This document shows, in pieces, positions 9,401-17,656 of a DNA stretch of 64,000 nt. Origin of the DNA: Planctomycetota bacterium (GTDB lineage Bacteria; Planctomycetota; JAPUJT01); contig JAPUJT010000021.1 in assembly GCA_027296055.1 (NCBI GenBank), positions 1,900 through 65,899 of the forward strand, read 5' to 3'. The position numbers and the translations under genes were made by a program. A model generated the notes under the pieces. The model searched no databases. It was not told the origin of the DNA and saw only the letters and a list, made by a program, of their open reading frames with translations. Position 1 is the first letter of the stretch. The number at the start of each line of letters is the position of its first letter.

Positions 9401-9979
9401 GGGCCCTCCGAGGAAGACGTCCGTCGGATCTTGCAGGAGGAGCTCGGTCGGGCCGCGACCGCGGAAGCGGTCGACAGGGCGAAAGCCCTGGCCAGCTCGT
9501 TCCTGGAGAGTGACTGGGGACGCAAGGCGCGGGATCTCCATCGAGAGGATTCGAGCAGGGTAATTCGCGAGAGGCCCTTCTTGCTGCGCCACGAGGGACT
9601 CCTGGTCAAAGGGACCGTAGACCTGATTCTCCTGCCGAGCGGAGAGTCCGCGGTTGTGATCGACTACAAGTCAGGCTCCGCGGCCAGGACGAACGGCTCT
9701 CGAGCCGGATACGCCCTCCAGATGCAGATCTACTCGCTCGCTCTGGATAAGATCTTGGGAGTCCCCACCGCGGCGATTCTCTTCTACCTGCAGGATGGGG
9801 TTGCTGTCGAGGTCGCGCCGGGTGAGGAGGTGGTGACCGACCTGTTCCGCCGATTCCGTGAGGCGCACGAGTCGACGGCCCCGGGCAAGGGACCGGAGCC
9901 CCACTTCCCGGCCAGGCCTTCTGTCAATCGCTGCCGTGCCTGTGAGTTTCGCGACGTCTGCCCTGCCGCCCAGATCTGA
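6404..9979 (+). CDS. addA: AddA-type UvrD/PcrA-family helicase with C-terminal PD-(D/E)XK nuclease domain
   Basis: Helicase motifs LNPRQREAVE, AGAGTGKTRVL, ILVDEYQDTNP, MTVHGAKGLEFPVVI and LLYVAMTRVQEHL. Nuclease motifs GTVDLILL...VVIDYKSGS and LQMQIYSLA. Terminal CRACEFRDVC. Start chosen at ATG 6404 (ATGA overlap with addB) rather than the longest ORF start at 6311. Confidence 0.8.
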   Translation: MKDPSSLLGTGPSSPLGAGLNPRQREAVETTGRDLLVRAGAGTGKTRVLAHRFHHLVEREEVPIDQILAITFTEKAAAEMRSRVAALFQSAEMREQIEFAPISTIHAFCARLIREEAIDGGVDPNFTVVEEVEARDLLDQAFEETSRRWIRDRRPDLDALLAIHADAAHLQGEILDIYDKVRSTPISFEDLHLARLDVDVDELLDRIAAIRLEMEVATRSLKPDRAEILRPLLTALTGLAASVKSLPPIEAAGKIGEIVRGINLGRFRKPPIKPLLKELRDTCLEKLRGVVLDEVAAEHFGGVRDFLVDLDSAYTALKRVGSHLDFSDLEREALALLGRHREEGRRPHRSYRHILVDEYQDTNPIQEAIIEAIRGGAERFAVGDPGQSIYRFRGAELGALVDYEREVGERGTILLDRTYRPSPALLAFQNAFFEKLFEEGPIRFAPMEPGAEFVPRENPAVEILTATGDDSRSARDAEAAMIARRVEEIVKGKSLRFTRKDPDRPDLVGKPIAEGDIAILLRSATHLAVYERALGARGIRSFAGIGGGFYSSLEVMDLENLLRVIVRPDDRTALAAFFASPFVGMTDQDLLRFLACWTGAPAGTPWQEAVQAEGLPPDLVEKVRRAHGVVRSLREVEGVGGLLDLVERMIRVGRYDLVTLLQQGGTRRLANLRKLEGIARRLDRDGGHGARDFLRMIEDLRDRDSREAEAAVGSEAEEVVRIMTVHGAKGLEFPVVILANLAARPRLETAPIRSDRRGGIAFKIHGDEPRRSLEPGGYAALAQAESIAATAEERRLLYVAMTRVQEHLILSCGISPRRASWSEWLKDVLRICDIADPTEAGRHSLGEGTFDVLTTEGIEQPALRGLEGTAPRRLEGTAPAEKVPTEGVLEAVQAGRGIGPLPEADLVKARASWERVSKPGGALDVVPFIASTSELIRFDACPLAYFWSGLVGVWEGHRSPPEQSVPFARPGEDEVLDREDRRRMGTAVHAILETCSLDRGPSEEDVRRILQEELGRAATAEAVDRAKALASSFLESDWGRKARDLHREDSSRVIRERPFLLRHEGLLVKGTVDLILLPSGESAVVIDYKSGSAARTNGSRAGYALQMQIYSLALDKILGVPTAAILFYLQDGVAVEVAPGEEVVTDLFRRFREAHESTAPGKGPEPHFPARPSVNRCRACEFRDVCPAAQI
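6412..6459. repeat. Tandem 2 x 24-nt in-frame duplication (unit CCCCTCGAGTCyCCTsGGGrCAGG) at the 5' end of addA
   Basis: Units at 6412-6435 and 6436-6459 differ at 3 positions and encode PSSLLGTG / PSSPLGAG. The reverse complement matches the repeat at 8988-9035. Confidence 0.85.
8988..9035. repeat. Tandem 2 x 24-nt in-frame duplication (unit CCCyGAGGsGACTCGAAGGGACTG) inside addA, inverted relative to 6412-6459
   Basis: Units at 8988-9011 and 9012-9035, plus a partial third copy (CCCCGGCGG), encode LRGLEGTAPRRLEGTAP. About 34/42 identity to the reverse complement of 6412-6459 by hand alignment. Confidence 0.85.
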
Positions 9980-10001
9980 CCACCCAGGAGATCCCTCCCC
10001 C

Positions 10002-11192
10002 TTGCCGGATAGCCGAAACCAGCTCCGCCGGATCTACGTGGCCGGCGCCCTCATGGACTACAGCCTCTACCTTTTCATGGGAGTGCTCTACTTCTTCGTC
10101 CTGGGTCTGGGCGGTGGGTCGTCCGATCTCGGGATCGTGTCCGCCGCGGGCGGCGCATGCTACGTGGTGGCGGCCATCGCGGGTGGTCGTCTCTCCGACC
10201 GGGTGCCGCGGCTTCTCCTCGCGCGGATCGGTTGCCTCAGTTTTTCCCTCCTGGTGTTCGGAATCTCCCTCTGCACCGAAATCCGTTCCGTGATCCTTAT
10301 CTTCACGCCTGTCGGTGTGAGCATGGGACTCTTCTGGCCGCCGATCCAGGCGCGCATCGCCGATCTGGCCGCGCCGGAGGGGTTGGCCGACGCCACCGGC
10401 AGATTCAATATCGCCTGGAGCCTTGGAAAGGGATTCGGTTTCTTCTCGTCCGGCGTCCTGATCGAGCTGTTCTCTTCGCTTGGCGAGGACGGTGCCCTCC
10501 GCGCCACGATGGCGGTGGCGGCCATCGCCGGGGTGCTGCCCTTCCTGCTCCTCGGGGAGTCAGACCCGTCGAAGGAACAGAATGCGCCGCAGGATCCGGA
10601 GATCGGTCGCAGGAAGAACGGGAGGCCTTACCTCCTCGCCGCCTGGATATCCAACTTCGCCGTGTTTGGAGCCGGGGCGGCGATCGTCACTCATCACCCG
10701 AAATGGATCTCCGACATGCGCATGGAAGAGTTCCACTCGAACGCATTCCTGGCCGCCGTCTTCATATCGCAGACGGGGGGTTTCATTCTCTGGAGCTTGT
10801 ATACCCGCTGGCGGTATCGGTTGATTGAATTCTGGGTGGTGCAGGTGGCGTTCGGGGTTGCCATCGCCGCCCTACCGCTCTACCCATCCTTCGGGCTGAC
10901 CCTGCTCCTAGCCCCGCTCGTGGGCCTGGGTCTCGGCCTCACATACCAGGCGAGCATCTTCTACAGTCTCGACGTCGGGGTCGAGCGGGGACGGCATTCG
11001 GGTCTGCACGAGGGCATCCTCGGCTCGGGAAATTTCCTGCTCCCCCTGCTCGGCGGCTTGGCGGCGGGGACGTGTCTTGGCAACCGGGCGCCCTACCTGG
11101 TGGCCGCGGCCGTCGTGGGGCTGGGCCTGGCGGTCCAGGTGGCTGTCTTCTGGCGCTCTTCGCGGTCGAAGGCGAAACTCGACTCACCTTGA
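10002..11192 (+). CDS. MFS transporter
   Basis: Multi-TM hydrophobic profile and an MFS motif-A-like GGRLSDRVPR. Start set at in-frame TTG 10002, with AGGAG 11 nt upstream; ATG 10053 is the alternative. The longest ORF start (9858) would overlap addA by 120 nt. Confidence 0.7.
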   Translation: MPDSRNQLRRIYVAGALMDYSLYLFMGVLYFFVLGLGGGSSDLGIVSAAGGACYVVAAIAGGRLSDRVPRLLLARIGCLSFSLLVFGISLCTEIRSVILIFTPVGVSMGLFWPPIQARIADLAAPEGLADATGRFNIAWSLGKGFGFFSSGVLIELFSSLGEDGALRATMAVAAIAGVLPFLLLGESDPSKEQNAPQDPEIGRRKNGRPYLLAAWISNFAVFGAGAAIVTHHPKWISDMRMEEFHSNAFLAAVFISQTGGFILWSLYTRWRYRLIEFWVVQVAFGVAIAALPLYPSFGLTLLLAPLVGLGLGLTYQASIFYSLDVGVERGRHSGLHEGILGSGNFLLPLLGGLAAGTCLGNRAPYLVAAAVVGLGLAVQVAVFWRSSRSKAKLDSP

Positions 11193-13379
11193 AATGCCAG
11201 ACTGGGACTGATCGAATCGGCGGTCTTCGGCGGACTTGCGGATCGTGAGCCTGCGGTCGGCGGGGATCTCGCGGATCCTCTGGACCGTCCCGTCGGGCCA
11301 TCGGATCTCGAGTAGGTCGACACGCTCCCTCTCCCCGAGGCCAAAGTGCAGGATCGGCGAGTGGCCGCTCAGATACGACTGACCGGTGAAGGCCTCGCGG
11401 GTCTGCTTGAGATCGCCGGCGACGGCGATCACGCGGGCCCCGACCCCCGCCGAGTTCTTCCGATCACCTACGAGGTCTACTTGCAGCCAGTGCCCCTTCT
11501 TCCCCTCGTAGACGAGGTAGGTCGAGCGGGCCTCATAGTTTCGCAGGTACAGGTCGAGATCACCGTCGCGATCGAAATCGGCGATCACGAGGCCGCGCGC
11601 ACAGGCGGTCTCGCCGGCCCCCGAGACGAAACCGATCTCATGGAAGGCCCCTTCGGGCGTCTGGCGGAAAAGGCGGTTTCTCTCGGCGCCTTGCAGGGGC
11701 CTCCCGTCCGTCTCGAAGACCTTTTCCCCCTTCAGGTACCTCTCCCAGTTGCAGACCGAGTCGATGAAGAACTCTAGAGATGAATCGACGCCGATCCCCG
11801 GCTCGAATCCATTCGGAGAGTAAATGTCGAGATTTCCATCGTTGTCGAAGTCCAGGAAGGACCCCGCCCAGGCCCACCCGCCGCGAGAGACATCATCTCG
11901 AACGGGAGCCTCTTCGAAACGCCCATCCCCCAGTCCCCGAAAGAGGGTGTTTCCCTGCATCATCTTGACGAAATAGGGAACAATCCTCCAACGGAAGATC
12001 CGGCCCAACCAGGGGAGGGGGAGGTCAGGGTCCTCGTAGACGAATCCGTAAGGGCTGTCTATGTTCGACGTGTAGAGATCCAGTCGTCCGTCTCGATCGT
12101 AGTCTCCGATGCTCACGCCCATGCCGTATCCTCGATCCCCCAGCCCGGCGCGAGCCGTGGCTTCACGGAACTCGCCTCCCCCCAGGTTCTCGAAGTACTG
12201 GTTCAGTCCGAAGTCGTTCGCCACGTACAGATCCGGGTCTCCATCATCGTCGAGGTCGCCGAAGGCGCCCGCCAGGCTCCAGGCCGTCGTATCGACGGAA
12301 GCGCTCTCCGAGATGTCGGTGAATGTTCCGTCCCCCTCGTTGCGATAGAGGATATTCGGGTACCCGTTCCGGGCGTTCCAGGGGGGGGTCCCTTGCACGG
12401 CGAAATAGTCCCCGCTCTGCATGACATACAGATCGAGGTCGCCGTCGCCGTCGATATCCGCCGCGGCGGCGGACGTGCCCTTGCGGGCCTTCCCCAGGCG
12501 AGCCGCATCGGTCACCTCCTCGAGACGCCCCTCATGATTGCGGAAGAGGCGCTCCCTCCCGAAGTGCGATAGCGTCAGAAGATCGGTCCAACCGTCCCCG
12601 TCGTAATCGAACGCGAGGACCCCGGTGGCAAGGAGATCCGGCAGGCCCGCCACCCCCGTCACATCCTCGAACCTCTTGCCCTTGATGTTCCGGTAGAGGA
12701 TGCTGCGGCGTCCGTCCCCGGCGAAGATATCCATCCACCCGTCCCGATCGTAGTCGATGGCGGCCGCCCCACATCCCGACCAGAGGCCGGCGACGATGCG
12801 ATTGTCGAGAACGCGATCGGGCCGCTGAACGATATTGTCGAGTCCGGCCTCGACGGTCCCGTCCCGGTAGACGGGGGGGCCGGTCGCGATCTCGGTCGAG
12901 CCGGTCCCGGTCCAGTCCACAAGCGTGGTCTGGCCCGTTCGCTGGTCGAAGCGGTACACGACCCTGTCGGTCCATAGGTAGCTGGCCCTCCGTCCGTCGC
13001 TTAGCCGTCCCTCCACTTCCGACTCGATCTCCACCTCGAGCGAATCCTCATCGAAGCGCACCGCGGTGAGGCGCGGCCGGCAGCCGATCACTTCGGTCCA
13101 GTGGCCAAGCCGTCGGCCCAGATCGCTGCGAATTCTGGCTGCGATCTCTTCGTTTCCCTCGTCCCCGGGGATGATGGATGGATTCATCTTGCGCGCCGCG
13201 GCCGCAATCAGCTCGGCGTGATCGCGGGCGGCGAGGAGGGCGGCGCTCCGACCGAAGAATTTTTCTCTCGATGCGCAGCCCGATGGGTAGAGAAGGAGGG
13301 TGTACGACAGGAGGAGGACACTCCCCAGGACGACTCGCGACATCGCTCGATTGGCCCGGAGACATGGGTGAGTGCGCAT
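11184..13379 (-). CDS. CRTAC1/ASPIC-UnbV family FG-GAP (VCBS) repeat protein, secreted
   Basis: Repeated Ca-binding FG-GAP loops: DYDRDGWMD, DYDGDGWTD, DIDGDGDLD, DLDDDGDPD, DYDRDGRLD, DFDNDGNLD, DFDRDGDLD. C-terminal ASPIC/UnbV-like block GARVIAV...QSYLSGHSPILHFGLGE. N-terminal signal MSRVVLGSVLLLS. The start is ambiguous among 13421, 13379 and 13343. Confidence 0.75.
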   Translation of the reverse strand: MRTHPCLRANRAMSRVVLGSVLLLSYTLLLYPSGCASREKFFGRSAALLAARDHAELIAAAARKMNPSIIPGDEGNEEIAARIRSDLGRRLGHWTEVIGCRPRLTAVRFDEDSLEVEIESEVEGRLSDGRRASYLWTDRVVYRFDQRTGQTTLVDWTGTGSTEIATGPPVYRDGTVEAGLDNIVQRPDRVLDNRIVAGLWSGCGAAAIDYDRDGWMDIFAGDGRRSILYRNIKGKRFEDVTGVAGLPDLLATGVLAFDYDGDGWTDLLTLSHFGRERLFRNHEGRLEEVTDAARLGKARKGTSAAAADIDGDGDLDLYVMQSGDYFAVQGTPPWNARNGYPNILYRNEGDGTFTDISESASVDTTAWSLAGAFGDLDDDGDPDLYVANDFGLNQYFENLGGGEFREATARAGLGDRGYGMGVSIGDYDRDGRLDLYTSNIDSPYGFVYEDPDLPLPWLGRIFRWRIVPYFVKMMQGNTLFRGLGDGRFEEAPVRDDVSRGGWAWAGSFLDFDNDGNLDIYSPNGFEPGIGVDSSLEFFIDSVCNWERYLKGEKVFETDGRPLQGAERNRLFRQTPEGAFHEIGFVSGAGETACARGLVIADFDRDGDLDLYLRNYEARSTYLVYEGKKGHWLQVDLVGDRKNSAGVGARVIAVAGDLKQTREAFTGQSYLSGHSPILHFGLGERERVDLLEIRWPDGTVQRIREIPADRRLTIRKSAEDRRFDQSQSGISR

Positions 13380-13520
13380 AGGTTCCCCCGGCATCCTATC
13401 CACCGAGGGCTGCGGACTCAACTACAGGGGCCGGGCCGGAGGGCTTGGCTCCTTGTGACCCGCCCCTGCCTCCGCTAGAATATGCACATCAACTGCGAGT
13501 TTGGGGGCAGGAGGTCCGCT

Positions 13521-14309
13521 ATGAAGGCCTGGTTCGTGACGATCCTGGGAGCCGTCGTGTGTGGGGGGATGATCCTCGGCGGCTGCAAGAGCAATGACGA
13601 GGAGAAGGATCGTTTGAAGTCCACGCGCCTGTTCACGATGGACAGCGTGGCAGGAGAGATCGTGGAGTTGAACCCGAGGAATGGAGGTGAGCTCAATCGC
13701 TTCCTGGCACCCGGTCCTGGTATCTCGGGGCTGGATTGCGGACTGGGGTACGACTCCGTCACCGGGATCCTCTTCTTCCATGACTCCATCATCGACCCGA
13801 CGGTCATCTGGAGGATCGACCCCGACGATCCGGATCCGACCGGGACGGCCACGACGATCCCCTCGCTCGACACCGACTACGTAGGTCTGTCGCATGACGG
13901 GACGTTTCTTATGGCCCTTCGCCCGAATGTCCCGAATGAGGGGATCGTCTGGATGAATCCGGATACGGGTACGTATATCAAGACCGTCGTCTACCCCTCC
14001 ACCGTGGACCTGGAGGATGCGCTCGCCGGAGAGGGTTCGGTCCTCTTCGCTGCGGGCTACGATCCCAGCGTGCCCGAGAACGTGATCTATCAGCTCGACC
14101 TATTGGGGAATGCAAGCTGTCCGCTCACCACGGGCATCCCCGGATTCAATCCGCGCGGGCTCGGCTACGCCAACGGGTTTCTCTTCATAGCGGACATGGG
14201 GAACTCCCAGATTCTCGTCGCGGACATGGTGGCCGGCGGGAACATCATCAACGCCTTCCCCATCCAGGGAGCCACGAGTACCTGCGGGCTCGCCGCGGGG
14301 ACCAAGTAA
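13521..14309 (+). CDS. Lipoprotein, beta-propeller-like; function unknown
   Basis: GGAGG lies 6 nt upstream of ATG 13521. Signal peptide with lipobox MKAWFVTILGAVVCGGMILGGC. The remainder is rich in beta-strand and turn repeats. Confidence 0.5.
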   Translation: MKAWFVTILGAVVCGGMILGGCKSNDEEKDRLKSTRLFTMDSVAGEIVELNPRNGGELNRFLAPGPGISGLDCGLGYDSVTGILFFHDSIIDPTVIWRIDPDDPDPTGTATTIPSLDTDYVGLSHDGTFLMALRPNVPNEGIVWMNPDTGTYIKTVVYPSTVDLEDALAGEGSVLFAAGYDPSVPENVIYQLDLLGNASCPLTTGIPGFNPRGLGYANGFLFIADMGNSQILVADMVAGGNIINAFPIQGATSTCGLAAGTK

Positions 14310-14339
14310 ACCGAACCCTTATAAAAGGAGTGTTCCCCG

Positions 14340-15965
14340 ATGAGAGGGATAGTCTCAGCTTCGTTTCCGGCGATTTTGATGCTCTGCTTGGGGCCTGTCC
14401 ATGCACAGGAGGCTGTCGCCCCCGAGGGGGAGGACACGGCGTTTCAGGTGAACGGCGTGACGGTCTCCATGGAGGAGTTCTCCAGGAAGATGCAGGAGGA
14501 GTATGGACAGACCTACCAGGAGCTCCTGATCACCCGCATCCTCGTGGAGCAGGAGGCGGAGAAGGCGGGGCTGGATCTCGCTGAGGTGGATCAACGCGTC
14601 GAGACCGAGATCCAGGGATACCTGAAGAACCCCCGGTTCCGCGGCGACATGAAGGCGCTGAGGGCCCAGTTGAAGTTTCAGGGGGTCGCGTACGAGGTGT
14701 GGAGGCACACCATCAGAACGAGGACGATCAGCCAGATGCTGATCGATTCCACGCGCGTCCCTCCCGAGGAGGATCTGAGGACGATTTTTGTCGGGGACTA
14801 CGGAAAGGATGGGGTGAAGTGGCGTATCCGGCACCTCCTCTCTGCGGTCAATCTCCAGGCGTCCAAGCTCTTCAATCGGGATGAATACCAGGCCGAGTTG
14901 CCCAGGATCGAGACCAAGGCCTTTCTCGCCGCCGAGGCGGCCCTGGGCCGCGCCAAGGCCGGAGAGGACTTCATCTCTCTGGTGATGTCGCTCTCGCAGG
15001 ATCCCGTAACGGCAACCGAGAAACTCGAGGGCGATCTCGGCACCCGGTGGCAGTACCACGGTGGCGATTTTGACGAGACGGTCAACGCCACACCCCTGGG
15101 AGGCATCGGGGGGCCCGTGAAGTCCTCACGGGGCTACCACGTGGTAAAGATCACCGGGGAAGCCCCGGCGGATTTCGAGGCGGAGCACATCCTCCTCGGC
15201 ACGCGCGCTCTTGCCGGACTGCCGCCGGAGGAGAAGAGCGCCCAGATGGACACCCTCCGGCAAAAGGGGTTGAGCATCCTCGAGGAAGCCAAGGGGGGCA
15301 AAGACTTCGCCGAGCTGGCGAGGGTCCACTCCGAGGACCCGAGAACCCAGCCAAGAGGAGGTGCGCTGGGCGTCCGAAAGATGCCGAGCCAGTTCGGGCC
15401 GGAGTTCGACCAGGCGATCACGAAGATGAAAGAGGGGGAGATACGGGGCGTGATCGAGAGTCGGGCCGGCCTTCATATCATCAAGCTGAAAAAGAAAACC
15501 GTCCTACCGACCGTGAAGCACATCCTCTTTTCGACGCAGTACCACGTCGTGCGTGAGAGAAGGATTCGACCCTTGCTGGAAGAGCAGGCGATGGGAAAGA
15601 TCCAGGCGGCGCTCAAAGCGGTGGAGGGGGGGGAGGATTTCTCCGCCGTGGTGAAGAGGGATTCGGACGATCCGTCGACGCAGAAGGCGGGGGGTGAGGT
15701 GAAGAACTATCGCCCGGAACAGTTCGGGAAAGAGTTTCACGATGCCGTGACGGAGATGGCCCCGGGCGATCCCCCGCGAGTCGTGAAGAGCCGCCGAGGG
15801 GTGCACCTCGTCGACCTCCTGGAAGTTCGGCGAACGAAGTTCGAGGATGTGCGAGACGCCCTCGTGGACAAGTGGAAGCAGCAGCGACAGGTGCGTGGCG
15901 CCGAGATCCAGACATTCCAGGATCAGCTTCGGAGCAACGCTGAAGTCGTCATTCCTTCCCGCTAG
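14340..15965 (+). CDS. Secreted peptidyl-prolyl cis-trans isomerase with three parvulin (PpiC-type) domains, SurA/PrsA-like
   Basis: AAGGAG RBS and an N-terminal signal peptide. Three parvulin signature blocks: GGPVKSSRGYHVVKI, GVIESRAGLHIIKL, RVVKSRRGVHLVDL. Confidence 0.75.
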   Translation: MRGIVSASFPAILMLCLGPVHAQEAVAPEGEDTAFQVNGVTVSMEEFSRKMQEEYGQTYQELLITRILVEQEAEKAGLDLAEVDQRVETEIQGYLKNPRFRGDMKALRAQLKFQGVAYEVWRHTIRTRTISQMLIDSTRVPPEEDLRTIFVGDYGKDGVKWRIRHLLSAVNLQASKLFNRDEYQAELPRIETKAFLAAEAALGRAKAGEDFISLVMSLSQDPVTATEKLEGDLGTRWQYHGGDFDETVNATPLGGIGGPVKSSRGYHVVKITGEAPADFEAEHILLGTRALAGLPPEEKSAQMDTLRQKGLSILEEAKGGKDFAELARVHSEDPRTQPRGGALGVRKMPSQFGPEFDQAITKMKEGEIRGVIESRAGLHIIKLKKKTVLPTVKHILFSTQYHVVRERRIRPLLEEQAMGKIQAALKAVEGGEDFSAVVKRDSDDPSTQKAGGEVKNYRPEQFGKEFHDAVTEMAPGDPPRVVKSRRGVHLVDLLEVRRTKFEDVRDALVDKWKQQRQVRGAEIQTFQDQLRSNAEVVIPSR

Positions 15966-16004
15966 TATCGGCCTCCGTCTGGGGCCCCAGAGGGGCGCCC
16001 GGTA

Positions 16005-16066
16005 GACATAAAAATGCCCAACTGCCTCCCAAGGGGGGTGGGGTGTTTGAGGAAGCAGCGGGCATT
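16005..16066 (-). terminator. Intrinsic terminator-like hairpin with U-tract (minus strand) after the 97-aa ORF
   Basis: AATGCCC (16013-19) pairs with GGGCATT (16060-66), with inner pairs CTGC/GCAG and CCTC/GAGG. On the minus strand the hairpin is followed by TTTTTATG. It lies in a locally AT-richer spacer. Confidence 0.45.
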
Positions 16067-16099
16067 AACAATTCAAGATTTTAGAAGTCTCGGTAGCTG

Positions 16100-16393
16100 T
16101 CAGTTCGAATTCCGGGAGGCAGGCGACGGTAGGTCGTCCTCCCAGATGAATTCCTCCTTCAAGCGGTCCGCATCATCCTGCGACTCCAAGAGCCTGTAGA
16201 CGACAAGAGCGGCCGCGTAGACCTCAGCCGACTGGGGCCGGCGATTGGAAAGCTGGTGAATGAATCTGGCGATGCAAGGATTCGCGCTCTCGAGACGCCC
16301 GAGGAGCTCCTGGATACGTTTCCCGCCCCTGTCGCCGCGAAGCTCGCCGAGGACGGCGTTACCGGTCGCAACGGATACCTTGGGAAGTGCCAT
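16100..16393 (-). CDS. Small hypothetical protein (97 aa), acidic C-terminus
   Basis: Isolated ORF between convergent and divergent neighbours, with GAGGGG 9 nt upstream of the ATG and its own downstream hairpin/U-tract. No family recognised. Confidence 0.4.
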   Translation of the reverse strand: MALPKVSVATGNAVLGELRGDRGGKRIQELLGRLESANPCIARFIHQLSNRRPQSAEVYAAALVVYRLLESQDDADRLKEEFIWEDDLPSPASRNSN

Positions 16394-16519
16394 GGGCTAT
16401 GCCCCTCACCAGATAGAGTTCGCTGAGTCCCGCCCCGTGCGGGAAGAACCCCTTGGTCGATTTCCTACAGGAGCAAACGTGGTACCGTTGCCGTCAAGAA
16501 CCCGCACTCACCCTGCAAA

Positions 16520-17638
16520 ATGCTCAGGACAAAGGAGTTAGGAGTGACGGAATGTTCAGGACCCTTCGGGGGCCCTCCTCCGTCCGAGTCCCGGTGCAGA
16601 GAAACCGTCTCAGAGTGGGACCCGCTTGGCGTCTCCCGACGGGAGCCGGGCGTCGGGGTCCTGGCGTTGTGTGCCGGCTTCATACTGATAGCGGGGTGTA
16701 CGACAAACCGGCCCGCAGAAGTGCGCCGAACGCAATACCTGCTGGGGACATTGGTCACGGTTACGGCCGTCGCCCCGGATCGCGCCACGGCGGCGCAAGC
16801 GGTGACGGCAGCCTTGGACGAGATTGCTCGAATCGAGGCTCTGCTCACCACCTACCACCCAGAGAGCGAGATCTCCCGGTTGAACCGATCGGAAGGAGCG
16901 TGGATCAGCGTCTCACCGGAGACCCTCGATGTCCTCGCCGAGGCGGTTCGATTCGCGGAGATGACCCGGGGAGCCTTCGATCCGACCGTGGGTCCCCTGA
17001 TCGACCTCTGGAGAGAGGCGGAGCGTCGCGGCAGGGCGCCCACGGATGAGGAGCGCGTCGCCGCTTCGAAGCGGGTCGGCTATCGAAGGATTCAGGTAGA
17101 CCGCCATGGGTCTCGCGCTCGCCTCGAGATAGGCACTCGGGTCGACCTCGGTGCGATCGGCAAGGGGTACGCCGTGGATCGGGCGGCAGAGGCGATGATG
17201 AGGGCCGGGGCTTCCGGAGGCGTCGTCGAGGCGGGCGGGGATCTCCTGCTCGTCGGAGACCTGCCTGATGATCTCAGGGACGTCTCGATCCGGGATCCGC
17301 GCCCTCCCCCGCGCGTGCACCGGATAGGATCATTCAGCGGCGGGACCGCGGTAGCGACGTCGGGCGGTTACGAGAGGAGTTTCCAGATCGGGGATCAACG
17401 ATATGGGCACGTGATCGATCCGGCAACGGGGTTGCCGACCGATTCCCTCCTCAGCGCCACCGTGATCGCGCCGTCAGCAACGATGGCCGATGCCCTGGCC
17501 ACGGCGATCCTGGTACGCGGACAGGACGAGGCGCAGAGACTGGCCAATGAGCAAGGAATCGAATACACGATCTTCCACCCGGACGGGTGGATCGAGGACT
17601 ACTACGATGGAAAGACGGAGAGGACCGACGGGAGATAG
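16520..17638 (+). CDS. apbE: FAD:protein FMN transferase (ApbE family lipoprotein)
   Basis: Lipobox FILIAGC. ApbE blocks DLGAIGKGYAVD, VATSGGYERSF, HVIDPATG and MADALATA. The start may instead be GTG 16544, 6 nt after AAGGAG. Confidence 0.8.
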   Translation: MLRTKELGVTECSGPFGGPPPSESRCRETVSEWDPLGVSRREPGVGVLALCAGFILIAGCTTNRPAEVRRTQYLLGTLVTVTAVAPDRATAAQAVTAALDEIARIEALLTTYHPESEISRLNRSEGAWISVSPETLDVLAEAVRFAEMTRGAFDPTVGPLIDLWREAERRGRAPTDEERVAASKRVGYRRIQVDRHGSRARLEIGTRVDLGAIGKGYAVDRAAEAMMRAGASGGVVEAGGDLLLVGDLPDDLRDVSIRDPRPPPRVHRIGSFSGGTAVATSGGYERSFQIGDQRYGHVIDPATGLPTDSLLSATVIAPSATMADALATAILVRGQDEAQRLANEQGIEYTIFHPDGWIEDYYDGKTERTDGR

Positions 17639-17656
17639 CCCAACCTGAAGGTCAGT

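Noticed and set aside
9858-10001. N-terminal extension of the MFS ORF (start 9858).
   Set aside because: It would overlap addA by 120 nt and encodes an R/P/S-rich non-membrane peptide. An in-frame TTG with AGGAG upstream lies just after the addA stop.
16453-17049. 198-aa plus-strand ORF overlapping the apbE 5' region in another frame.
   Set aside because: Arg/Gly/Pro-rich translation with no motifs. The overlapping frame carries the ApbE lipobox and motifs.
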